Translations under genes and position numbers: made by a program | Shown here: positions 7,284-14,686 of the stretch, piece by piece | Numbering within the stretch: position 1 is the stretch's first letter | Layout of the letters: each line of letters begins with the position of its first letter | The notes under the pieces: generated by a model | Database searches by the model: none | What the model was told of the DNA's origin: nothing | The model's input: only the letters and a program-made list of their open reading frames with translations | DNA from: Colwellia polaris | GTDB taxonomy: Archaea > Nanohalarchaeota > Nanosalinia > Nanosalinales > Nanosalinaceae | Length of the DNA stretch: 17,929 nucleotides | Reading direction: 5' to 3' | Assembly: GCA_047617785.1 (NCBI GenBank) | Contig: JBLGBK010000012.1 | Span: 1 to 17,929 of the forward strand

Positions 7284-8777
7284 ATGTCAGAAAAATTTGA
7301 ACAACTTGAAGAAGAGCTTAAAATGCTTCAAAACCTTGAGTATATTGAAGACCTTCTTTCCTGGGATAAAGAGGTTATGATGCCTGAGGGAGGTCAGAAA
7401 GCCCGTGTACATCAGCAATCAACAGTTTCTAAGCTTCAACGCCGTATTATTACAGGTGACAAGTTAGATGGTCTTTTAAAGGATATTGAACGTTCTGAGC
7501 TTAACCAACGCCAGGAAGCTCTGCTTAGAGAGGTTGAAAAAGATAAGAGGAAAGCAGAGGCTGTTCCTGAGGAGTTGATGGAGAGGATATCAGAGACCTC
7601 GTCTGAAGGTATCGAAGTATGGCGCGAAGCTCGTGAGGAGAATGACTTCGAGTCGTTTGCTGAAATCCTTGGAGAAATTGTAGGGTTGTATAGAGAATAT
7701 GCTAACCATATTAATCCTGATTCAGAGCCTTATAAGGTGCTCTTCAAGGACTACGAGCCATTTCTCAAGTTTGAATCTATGGAGGAGATAATGGAAGAGG
7801 TAAAAACGAACCTTGTGCCTTTGATTGAGGACATACATGACTCTAATGTGGATATAAACAAAGGATTTTTTGAAGGCGGGTTTGACGAAGAAACGCAGAA
7901 AAAACTATGCAAGAATATCGCGCGGGATATAGGTCTGCCAGAAAGTTCTAATCGTGTAGACGTTTCAACACACCCGTTTACGTCAGGAAACACTTTTGAT
8001 ACGCGTATAACTACTCGTTACAATGCGAATGACTTGTCTGAAAGTGTTTTAGTTACTATGCATGAAGGAGGTCATGCGCTCTACCAGCAAGACCTTCCGG
8101 AAGATGAATATAATTCTCCTATAGGTGCTTCAAGAGAGTTAGGAGTCCACGAGTCTCAGTCACGACTATGGGAGAATCATGTAGGACGTTCAAAAGTATT
8201 CTGGAAATACATGCTTCCAAAACTTGAGGAAAACTTCTCTGAAAGTATTGGAAAAGATACTCTGGAGGCGTGCTACGAATCAATTAACCATGTAAGAGAA
8301 GACAATACCGTCCGTTTCAACGCTGATGAACTTACTTACCATCTCCATATATTGATCCGATTTGAGATAGAAAGAAAATTAATTAACGGAGAAATCGAAG
8401 TTGAAGAGCTTCCGGAAATCTGGAATAAAAAATATGAGAAGTATCTGGGTGTTACGCCAGATAACCATAAAGAAGGTGTTATGCAGGATATTCACTGGGC
8501 AGGAGGCAATTTCGGGTACTTCCCAACATACACTCTAGGTAGTGTTCTCTCTGCACAATTATTTGATGCGGCCGAGAGCGAGATTGACAACCTAGATCAA
8601 AAAATTGAGGAAGGTAACTTCGAGCCGTTGCGTGACTGGCTACGTGAGAATGTCCACCAGCACGGAAAGTTATACGAAACCGAGGAGCTTGTAAAGAAGG
8701 CCACTGGCGAGAAACCTACTCCGGAACCTTTCCTTGACTATGTCGAGGAGAAGTATTCAGAACTCTACAACCTCTAA
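7284..8777 (+). CDS. Carboxypeptidase Taq family (peptidase M32)
   Basis: Motifs LLSWD, HPF, DTRITTRY, HEGGHALY, HESQSRLWEN, ADELTY.LH, QDIHW and GYFPTY.LG. SD GAGGTG at 7268-7273. Confidence 0.96.
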   Translation: MSEKFEQLEEELKMLQNLEYIEDLLSWDKEVMMPEGGQKARVHQQSTVSKLQRRIITGDKLDGLLKDIERSELNQRQEALLREVEKDKRKAEAVPEELMERISETSSEGIEVWREAREENDFESFAEILGEIVGLYREYANHINPDSEPYKVLFKDYEPFLKFESMEEIMEEVKTNLVPLIEDIHDSNVDINKGFFEGGFDEETQKKLCKNIARDIGLPESSNRVDVSTHPFTSGNTFDTRITTRYNANDLSESVLVTMHEGGHALYQQDLPEDEYNSPIGASRELGVHESQSRLWENHVGRSKVFWKYMLPKLEENFSESIGKDTLEACYESINHVREDNTVRFNADELTYHLHILIRFEIERKLINGEIEVEELPEIWNKKYEKYLGVTPDNHKEGVMQDIHWAGGNFGYFPTYTLGSVLSAQLFDAAESEIDNLDQKIEEGNFEPLRDWLRENVHQHGKLYETEELVKKATGEKPTPEPFLDYVEEKYSELYNL

Positions 8778-9108
8778 CTATCTTCTTCTATCTCTTTTTC
8801 TTTCGCTACAACCTGCAGACTGCATGTGAAGATCTGCTCGACCACTTATTTCTACTGTTTCATTATAATATGAGTTCTGGGCGGCTGAATATGGCCGCGT
8901 TGATCGATCCAGATTTTTCTATCTGGAAGAATGTGTGTTGGTTGTATCTACTGAGGTTGCTTACAGCGCCTTCGACTGCTATATATTTGCCGAGCATCAA
9001 CTTATCTGCTTCTTCTGGAGGTACATCTTCGGGTTCTGCAGAGAAGGTTGTTGTACTGAGCAAGATAAGCTCTGTTACTGTGGCTAAAACAAGTGTCTTG
9101 TCCTTCAG
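8774..9108 (-). pseudogene. Frameshifted membrane-anchored OB-fold nucleic-acid-binding protein
   Basis: Frame 1 reads LKDKTLVLATVTELILLS...GKYIAVEGAV...FFQIEKSGSINAAIF..ELIL*. After a shift near 8865 it continues NETVEISGRADLH. After a second shift near 8820 it continues SLQVVAKEKEIEEDS* (TAG 8774-8776). Together these complete an OB fold. Confidence 0.75.
8781..8804 (+). terminator. Pyrimidine/T-rich archaeal terminator-like tract after the peptidase operon
   Basis: TCTTCTTCTATCTCTTTTTCTTTC directly follows the M32 stop codon. Confidence 0.4.
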
Positions 9109-9641
9109 AACTTGATTTCTTCCAGAACTCTGTACTCAGCTCCTTCCTCGCTGAGCCTTGATTCATATACTTTCACGGAACTGACTTTGATTTGGCCGAA
9201 GAAGTAGTCCTTGTATTCCCGCATTCCTTTCCTAAGCTTCTTCTTTTTCTTTCTCGTCAGGTTATCGACGCGGAACAATGTAATATGTGGATGAAACTCG
9301 TGGCTATTATCGGAAACCAAGTCGTGACTGCTTGCCTCTTCGTGCAATTTCTGAAACTCTTCAGCTTCTACTCCGGCCCAAACTACGCGTATATGATCAT
9401 TCGAAGGGAAAGCACCGACCCCTTCGATATCAGAGTTGAAGCTGTTAAGATCAACTTGTTTCAGATGTTTGATAAGGTGTTGAACTTCTTCTGCGTCTAA
9501 ATCTTGGAAGAATTCGAGCGTAATATGCATTTTTTCCGGAGGTATTGTCCGGAAGTTCATGTCGAGTGTTTGCTGGATGTACTGCAATTCATCCAGAATC
9601 TCGTCGTTTTCGATTTCTACGGCGGTGAATACCCGCGTCAT
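9105..9641 (-). CDS. thpR: RNA 2',3'-cyclic phosphodiesterase (2H family, ThpR/LigT)
   Basis: N-terminal R.F.A, two HxT motifs (MHITLEF, PHITLFR), GVGAFP...RVVWAG and YESRL. Confidence 0.93.
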   Translation of the reverse strand: MTRVFTAVEIENDEILDELQYIQQTLDMNFRTIPPEKMHITLEFFQDLDAEEVQHLIKHLKQVDLNSFNSDIEGVGAFPSNDHIRVVWAGVEAEEFQKLHEEASSHDLVSDNSHEFHPHITLFRVDNLTRKKKKKLRKGMREYKDYFFGQIKVSSVKVYESRLSEEGAEYRVLEEIKF

Positions 9642-9704
9642 TGTTTACATTTTTAACCGTTCGATACGTATAAACTATTAATACAGAAGGTGTAACAATT
9701 AATT

Positions 9705-9965
9705 ATGGCTGAAAAACCACGGGCGACGGAACTGACTGGGAAAACTATAGTATCTGAAGAACATGGTAAGAAGTTCGGAACTGTAGAAGATATCTCTTAT
9801 GTATCAGATACTGGCGAACTCATGAATATTCTAATCACTGATACTACAAAGCACTTAACCGATGCTAACCTACAGCAGGACCGTAAAGGACGAAGCATTA
9901 TACCTTTCTCCTCTGTAAGGAGTATTGGAGACTTCGTGATTGTCTCAGAAGACGAGATTGTTTAG
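9705..9965 (+). CDS. PRC-barrel protein, CdpB-like (archaeal cell-division PRC family)
   Basis: Pattern L.GK.IVS..GK.FG.VEDI....TGEL..I...IPFSSVRSIGDFVIV. Confidence 0.85.
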   Translation: MAEKPRATELTGKTIVSEEHGKKFGTVEDISYVSDTGELMNILITDTTKHLTDANLQQDRKGRSIIPFSSVRSIGDFVIVSEDEIV

Positions 9966-9995
9966 AGAAACTCTCTTTTCTGTTAATCGCAAGTC

Positions 9996-10730
9996 TTATT
10001 CATTTCTACTTGATATTTTTTCGGCTTCTTCTTTCAAAATTTTACTTGTCTTCTTGAGTACTGTTGATCTAAAACGATAGTCCTCTCGAAGCTCGTCGCA
10101 CCATTCTGCTGCGTGTAAAAGCAGGGATTCTTGGAGATGGGATACTTCTTCTGACATTTCTCCGTCTTTGCCGGTGAAATATCTCAGGCTTTCTTCTCTA
10201 GCTTTCTCAGCGAATTCATCGCTGATTTCAATTCCTGCTTCTTTTGCTGCATAGAAATACCACTCTAGGTCGAGTATGGCGACTGTAAGAAGGTATTGAT
10301 CTACTATTCCGTTTGTATGCTCTGTTGGTTTTTTATCGTCTATCTTAAGATCTTCTGGTCTGCTGTAGTCGGGATAATCTAGGTTTTTCAGGCTGCCATA
10401 TTCTTTGGCGGTATCTTTACCCAGCTTGTGGTTGTTAGAGTCCATCAGGAAGAAAATTTTGTCGATAGGGAAGGATAGCCATTCCTCTAGTAGTTGGTAC
10501 CATTCTGTATCTCCAATAAAAACTGCAGAAATTAGCTTCTTGGCGTCAGGGCTTATTTCTTCATCTTCAGAGTTGAAACTTTGGAGAGCTTCTTTCTTAT
10601 TTTTCTTAATCTCTCCAGTCTCTAGGTCGATATCTTCAGAGACTTTCAGAATAAAGTCTGCATCAGCCTCAAAGTATCGTTTAGGATTTTCCTCTATAAC
10701 CTTGCCTGCCCACAAGCGATATAGGCTCAT
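9996..10730 (-). CDS. Hypothetical acidic, mostly helical protein (244 aa)
   Basis: Long ORF with host-like acidic composition. No motif recognised. Confidence 0.75.
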   Translation of the reverse strand: MSLYRLWAGKVIEENPKRYFEADADFILKVSEDIDLETGEIKKNKKEALQSFNSEDEEISPDAKKLISAVFIGDTEWYQLLEEWLSFPIDKIFFLMDSNNHKLGKDTAKEYGSLKNLDYPDYSRPEDLKIDDKKPTEHTNGIVDQYLLTVAILDLEWYFYAAKEAGIEISDEFAEKAREESLRYFTGKDGEMSEEVSHLQESLLLHAAEWCDELREDYRFRSTVLKKTSKILKEEAEKISSRNE

Positions 10731-10781
10731 CTCTTGGTATTGTTAAGGCGGACTTATTAGGGTTGGGAAATAGAGGAGGTG

Positions 10782-11738
10782 TTAAGCATCCTCTATTCCT
10801 TTATCTGTGATCTCGAAGACGGCTTCACCTTCCGGCAGGTAAGGGCTGTCTTCTAGTCGTGCTACGCGCGTGTCTTTCTTTCCTTTTCTGAGGTATACGA
10901 TTACTGCGCAGTTGTGTGCGACAATATTCCCTCCAATTGCTTTTGTAGGGTCTCCAAACATTTGGTCTGGATTGTCCATAACTTGGTTGGTAACTACTAC
11001 TGCTACATTGTATGTGTTGGCTACTTTCAGCAGTGTTGACATGTGCTTGTTTAGCTTCTGTTGTCTGTTTGCTAGTTCTCCTCGTCCTACGTACTCTGAT
11101 CTGAAATGAGCCATTAGTGAGTCAACCACTATTAGTCCGATGTCGTTATCGTTACAGATTTGCTTGGCCTTTTCAGCTAGAAGCATTTGGTGGTCGGAGT
11201 TCATGGCTCTTGCTACGAAGATGTTGTCAAGTACTTCTTCAGGATCCATTCCTTGACTTTCTGCCATTTCTTCGACTCTTTCTGGTGTGAAAGTGTCTTC
11301 TGTGTCTATGTAGATCGCTCCTTTGTCCATGCCGCCTTCTTCTTCGCTTTTCTGTACGTTTACGGCTAGGTGATGTCCAATCTGTGTTTTTCCTGCGGAG
11401 AATTCTCCGTAGATCTCTGTGATTGATTGTGTTTCGATTCCGCCTCCCAGGATGTCGTTGAAATCTGGGCTTGCGGTTGCAATCTTCTTCATCTCTTTCC
11501 GCTGTTCCATCTTTTCGGTTCCTGTTTCAAATCCTCCGACATCTGCGAGATCTTTTGCGGAGTTAACGATGCTTTCGGCTGCTGATTCACCGATTCCATC
11601 GACTTTGCCCGATAGTTCGCCTGCTTTCATGTTGGCGATCTCCATCAGGTTGCTAAGTCCTTCGTCCTTTAGTCTTTCTGCTGTTTTTCCTCCTACGCCG
11701 TCTAAGTCTTCTAGTTCTATGTCGTCTTTATCTGCCAT
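10782..11738 (-). CDS. radA: DNA repair and recombination protein RadA
   Basis: N-terminal HhH (LEDLDGVG), GFETG polymerisation motif, Walker A GEFSAGKT, YIDTEDTF, Walker B LIVVDS and GRGELANRQQKL. No intein. SD GGAGG at 11750-11754. Confidence 0.97.
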   Translation of the reverse strand: MADKDDIELEDLDGVGGKTAERLKDEGLSNLMEIANMKAGELSGKVDGIGESAAESIVNSAKDLADVGGFETGTEKMEQRKEMKKIATASPDFNDILGGGIETQSITEIYGEFSAGKTQIGHHLAVNVQKSEEEGGMDKGAIYIDTEDTFTPERVEEMAESQGMDPEEVLDNIFVARAMNSDHQMLLAEKAKQICNDNDIGLIVVDSLMAHFRSEYVGRGELANRQQKLNKHMSTLLKVANTYNVAVVVTNQVMDNPDQMFGDPTKAIGGNIVAHNCAVIVYLRKGKKDTRVARLEDSPYLPEGEAVFEITDKGIEDA

Positions 11739-11758
11739 TGTGTTGTTCCCCTCCTAAA

Positions 11759-12766
11759 TTATGCTTCTAATACTTCCAGTAGCTGTTCGATGTTTTCTTC
11801 GATGTCGATCGTTTCTATGTCGTTGACAAGTATTTCAAGACTGTCGAAATAGTCATTGTGTCGTGTGCGTCCTTCTACTGCAATTTCTTTTCCTATTGCT
11901 TCTTCTACTCCTTCTTCGACTGCTTCCATGTCTCCGTCTTTCTCCTCTTCTTCGCTCATTCCAAGGATTTCTCGTGCGTTGTCTCCGAAGAATACTACGC
12001 GCATGTTTCCTGTTCCATCGTCTATTACGCCGGAGACAGCTAGTCGGTGATCAGGATCTTCAACTTCTTTTCCTTCGTCGGTTTCGAGATCTCCGTCGTC
12101 GTTCTCTCTTACTGTGTCGCCTGTTTCAGGGTCGACTCGGTAGAAAGGATTGTTTGTGTACATCGCCATTAGCATTCCTTTGACTTTGTACGAGCTGTTT
12201 TCTGATCTTACTTCTCGAATATTGCTTTCTGTTGTTGTGTTGGCTTTTCTTGTTTCTTCGTCAATTTCTGGTACTTCGTCTTCGTCAGCCATTGCGACCT
12301 GCGCGTCGTCTCCTAGACGGATTTCTGCGTTTCCGTCGTCGTCTTCTATTGTGTATGCGCCGCCGATTTCGATTGCGTCTTCTTCCTGTATTTTGTCGGT
12401 TATCTGTGTTTGTTCGTCCCAGAGAGTCATTCTGATTGTTCCGGTGTCGTCTCCTAGGACTACGTTTTGAACTTTTCCGTCTTCCTCATCGTCGTCTCTT
12501 TCGAATGTGTTGAGGTCGGAGATTCGTACTACGCGGGCTTTGAAGTTTACTTTCCGCATGTCTGGTACGATATTATCTATTTTCAGGTCTTCGTTGGCGG
12601 TTTCTGAGATTTGTACGCCGTGTTCTTTAGCGACTAGGTGTGCTGCTCCTTCTTCGCTGACCAGTCCGGAGAACTCCTCCATTTTTTCTTCTACTTTCTC
12701 CTTTACGTCGTCTTCCTCAAGTTCTGATTCCTCGACTATGAGGGCGATTATTTTGTCCATCTTCAT
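11759..12766 (-). CDS. rpa: Replication protein A (archaeal RPA: N-terminal helical domain plus two OB folds)
   Basis: Motifs GLVSEEGAA.LVA.E.GV, GKV.NVVLGDDTGTIR.TLW and IDDGTG.MRVVFF. Ends 20 nt upstream of radA on the same strand. Confidence 0.9.
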   Translation of the reverse strand: MKMDKIIALIVEESELEEDDVKEKVEEKMEEFSGLVSEEGAAHLVAKEHGVQISETANEDLKIDNIVPDMRKVNFKARVVRISDLNTFERDDDEEDGKVQNVVLGDDTGTIRMTLWDEQTQITDKIQEEDAIEIGGAYTIEDDDGNAEIRLGDDAQVAMADEDEVPEIDEETRKANTTTESNIREVRSENSSYKVKGMLMAMYTNNPFYRVDPETGDTVRENDDGDLETDEGKEVEDPDHRLAVSGVIDDGTGNMRVVFFGDNAREILGMSEEEEKDGDMEAVEEGVEEAIGKEIAVEGRTRHNDYFDSLEILVNDIETIDIEENIEQLLEVLEA

Positions 12767-12787
12767 AGTTAATTGAATTATATGGAA

Positions 12788-12813
12788 ACCTTAAATCGGT
12801 GATGATTTAGGGT
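12788..12813. promoter_or_regulatory. Inverted repeat overlapping the rpa-radA TATA box
   Basis: ACCTTAAATC-N6-GATTTAGGGT (9/10 arm match). Minus-strand TTTAAG is about 23 nt before the rpa ATG. Confidence 0.5.
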
Positions 12814-12847
12814 GTTAGAAGTTGGTTATTGCGTGTTTAGATATGTG

Positions 12848-12867
12848 TAAAATAGAAAAGAAGAGAA
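12848..12867 (-). terminator. T-rich terminator-like tract after the histone gene
   Basis: The minus strand reads TTCTCTTCTTTTCTATTTTA directly after the histone stop codon. Confidence 0.45.
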
Positions 12868-13065
12868 TTATTGAAGAGCGTCTTTGATGTCTTCTTTTCG
12901 GACTGTCTTCCGGCCATCTTCTTTTGCGATTGCGATTGCTTCTTCTGCGACATCTCCTGCAAATGTTTCAAGTACTTCGCCTAGAAGGTCGGCTGCGTCT
13001 TCTGCTACTCTCTTGTTTCCTTCATCTTTGATCATGTCCTTCATCTTTGTGTTAGAGAATTCCAT
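12868..13065 (-). CDS. Archaeal histone (HMf-fold singlet, 65 aa)
   Basis: From ATG 13065 (MEFSNTKM...) it aligns without gaps to HMfB, keeping G16, R19-V20 and G-R-K-T-x-x-x-E-D-I. Confidence 0.93.
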   Translation of the reverse strand: MEFSNTKMKDMIKDEGNKRVAEDAADLLGEVLETFAGDVAEEAIAIAKEDGRKTVRKEDIKDALQ

Positions 13066-13192
13066 TGTTGCTTCACAGACAGTAAAGTTTCCATAAACGC
13101 ATAAAAAGGGCACCTTATCTCGGTTTCAACCCTAGACGTTAAGTGTATCAAAACCTGTGTTGTATTGTTAGAGGGGAGGAGGAAAATTACAG

Positions 13193-13459
13193 GTGTCAGA
13201 ACCACTTAGAGAGCTTTTCGTGCGTGAAAAGCCGGTAAGACTTCTTATAGAAATAAACAATCCGCGTACTGAGAACTATGCCTCGGAATTATCTAAATCT
13301 GTTGACTGTACATATTCCCACGCTGTACGTGTGATTCAACGGATGGAGAAGAATGGTCTGGTTGAGACAGAGGAGAAAGGAAGGAAGAAAAACATCTTCC
13401 TGACTGATAAAGGTACGAGGATAGCTAAGAGACTTAGTGACCTTCTTTCTGAGTTCTAA
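13193..13459 (+). CDS. Winged-helix (MarR-like) DNA-binding regulator
   Basis: Pattern YASELSKSVDCTYSH..R.I..MEKNGLV....KGR.K...LTDKG. GTG start with GGAGGAGG at 13175-13182. Confidence 0.88.
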   Translation: MSEPLRELFVREKPVRLLIEINNPRTENYASELSKSVDCTYSHAVRVIQRMEKNGLVETEEKGRKKNIFLTDKGTRIAKRLSDLLSEF

Positions 13460-13483
13460 AAATTTATTGAGGTATCTGTTTCT

Positions 13484-14218
13484 CTATATTGCTGCTTTCA
13501 GATAAGGTATTGAGTACATTATTGCAACACCTATTGAAAACATGATTAGGTGCAGATCCCATCGGTCTTCGGTCTTGAACTCTGGTAGAAGGTCGCTTCC
13601 GGCTATAAATACGAAGTTTCCAACTACTAGAGGGAGCAGAATGGGCACGGTTGATGCAGATAATTGAGATAGTCCGAGGACAAGTCCTGCACCTAGGAAC
13701 ATGAATAAGCTGATTCCTATGTTTACGCCTAGGGCTTTCAGCTGTGAGAATCCTCCTTCGACCATGACACCGAAGTCGCCGAGTTCTTTCGGAATCTTGT
13801 GTGCGATGATCGCTATTGTTGCGGCTATTCCTGCAGATGTTGATGCTAGGAAGCTGGTAGCTATCAGTATTCCATCGAGTATGTTGTGTACGCTATCTCC
13901 TGCTGCTAGAACGTATGGTAGTGGTTCTTTGTGTCTTCCTGTATGGTGGCAGTGCCAGTGAACTATTCTTTCTAGGAAGAATGATCCGATCATTCCTGCG
14001 ATGATGAGCAGACCTGTTTCGCGTCCATAGCTGTATTCGTTTGCTAGTCTGAATACAAGGTGTATGAATACTCCTCCGAATATGGTTCCTGCTGCGAGAG
14101 ATATCAGGAAGGGGGTCAGTTTCTCGAAATCTCTGTCTGATATGAATAGAAAGAATGCGCCGATTGCAGAGAATAATGCGGTTATTCCTAGTGCGATTAA
14201 TGTTTGGTGTAGGCTCAT
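13484..14218 (-). CDS. ZIP-family divalent metal transporter
   Basis: About 8 TM segments, with SLAAG....G..FIHL, a His-rich loop (HWHCHH), TM4 HNILDG, TM5 HKIPKELGDF and FIAGSDLLPE. ATG 14218 is preferred over the track's TTG 14227. Confidence 0.92.
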   Translation of the reverse strand: MSLHQTLIALGITALFSAIGAFFLFISDRDFEKLTPFLISLAAGTIFGGVFIHLVFRLANEYSYGRETGLLIIAGMIGSFFLERIVHWHCHHTGRHKEPLPYVLAAGDSVHNILDGILIATSFLASTSAGIAATIAIIAHKIPKELGDFGVMVEGGFSQLKALGVNIGISLFMFLGAGLVLGLSQLSASTVPILLPLVVGNFVFIAGSDLLPEFKTEDRWDLHLIMFSIGVAIMYSIPYLKAAI

Positions 14219-14230
14219 GCACAACAAAAC

Positions 14231-14262
14231 GGTTAATAACTTTTTAAGTAATGCTATTAATC
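14231..14262. promoter_or_regulatory. NikR-type operator around a shared bidirectional TATA box
   Basis: TTAATA (14233-14238)-N16-TATTAA (14255-14260). Extended arms GGTTAATAAC/GCTATTAATC match 8/10. TTTTTAAG (14241-14248) lies in the spacer, about 22 nt from each ATG. Confidence 0.7.
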
Positions 14263-14269
14263 AGGTGTT

Positions 14270-14656
14270 ATGGAAATAATAAGTCTCTCGCTGGATGAGG
14301 AAACAATGGGAAAAATCGAAGAAATACAGCAGGAATCAAGCTTCAACGGTCGAAGCGAACTATTCAGAAAAGCAATAGAAAACTTGCACCAAGAAACAAT
14401 CAATAATCAAAGCTTAAGCGGCCAACTTAACGCAGTAATAGTTGTAAGGCATCCACATAAGAAAGAACAGAGAATAGGATCTATAGCGCATGATTTCGAC
14501 GAAGTAATCACTACACAACTCCACAGCAAGCTGGATGGTGAAAACTGTCTGGAAGTATTCCACACAAACGGAAAGGCAAACAAAGTCATTGAATTCTTCA
14601 ACGAACTAGAAGGCAGCAAACACACAGAAGCAGTTAACATCCTACCACAGAGCTAA
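14270..14656 (+). CDS. NikR-family metal-responsive regulator (RHH plus NikR C-terminal domain)
   Basis: RHH domain IISLSL...GRSELFRKAI and C-terminal domain AH....I.TQLHSKL...CLEVF. Confidence 0.88.
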   Translation: MEIISLSLDEETMGKIEEIQQESSFNGRSELFRKAIENLHQETINNQSLSGQLNAVIVVRHPHKKEQRIGSIAHDFDEVITTQLHSKLDGENCLEVFHTNGKANKVIEFFNELEGSKHTEAVNILPQS

Positions 14657-14686
14657 GAAATTTTTCTTAATGGCTTATTTGATCGT

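Noticed and set aside
10782-11738. Intein or inactivating change in RadA (Walker A GEFSAGKT)
   Set aside because: The length is normal at 318 aa and GxxxxGKT is intact, so this is an ordinary variant.
13066-13113. 16 aa N-terminal extension on the histone (MPFLCVYG...) as a eukaryote-like tail
   Set aside because: It comes from the longest-ORF GTG call. It is not Lys-rich, overlaps the likely promoter, and ATG 13065 aligns with HMfB Met1.
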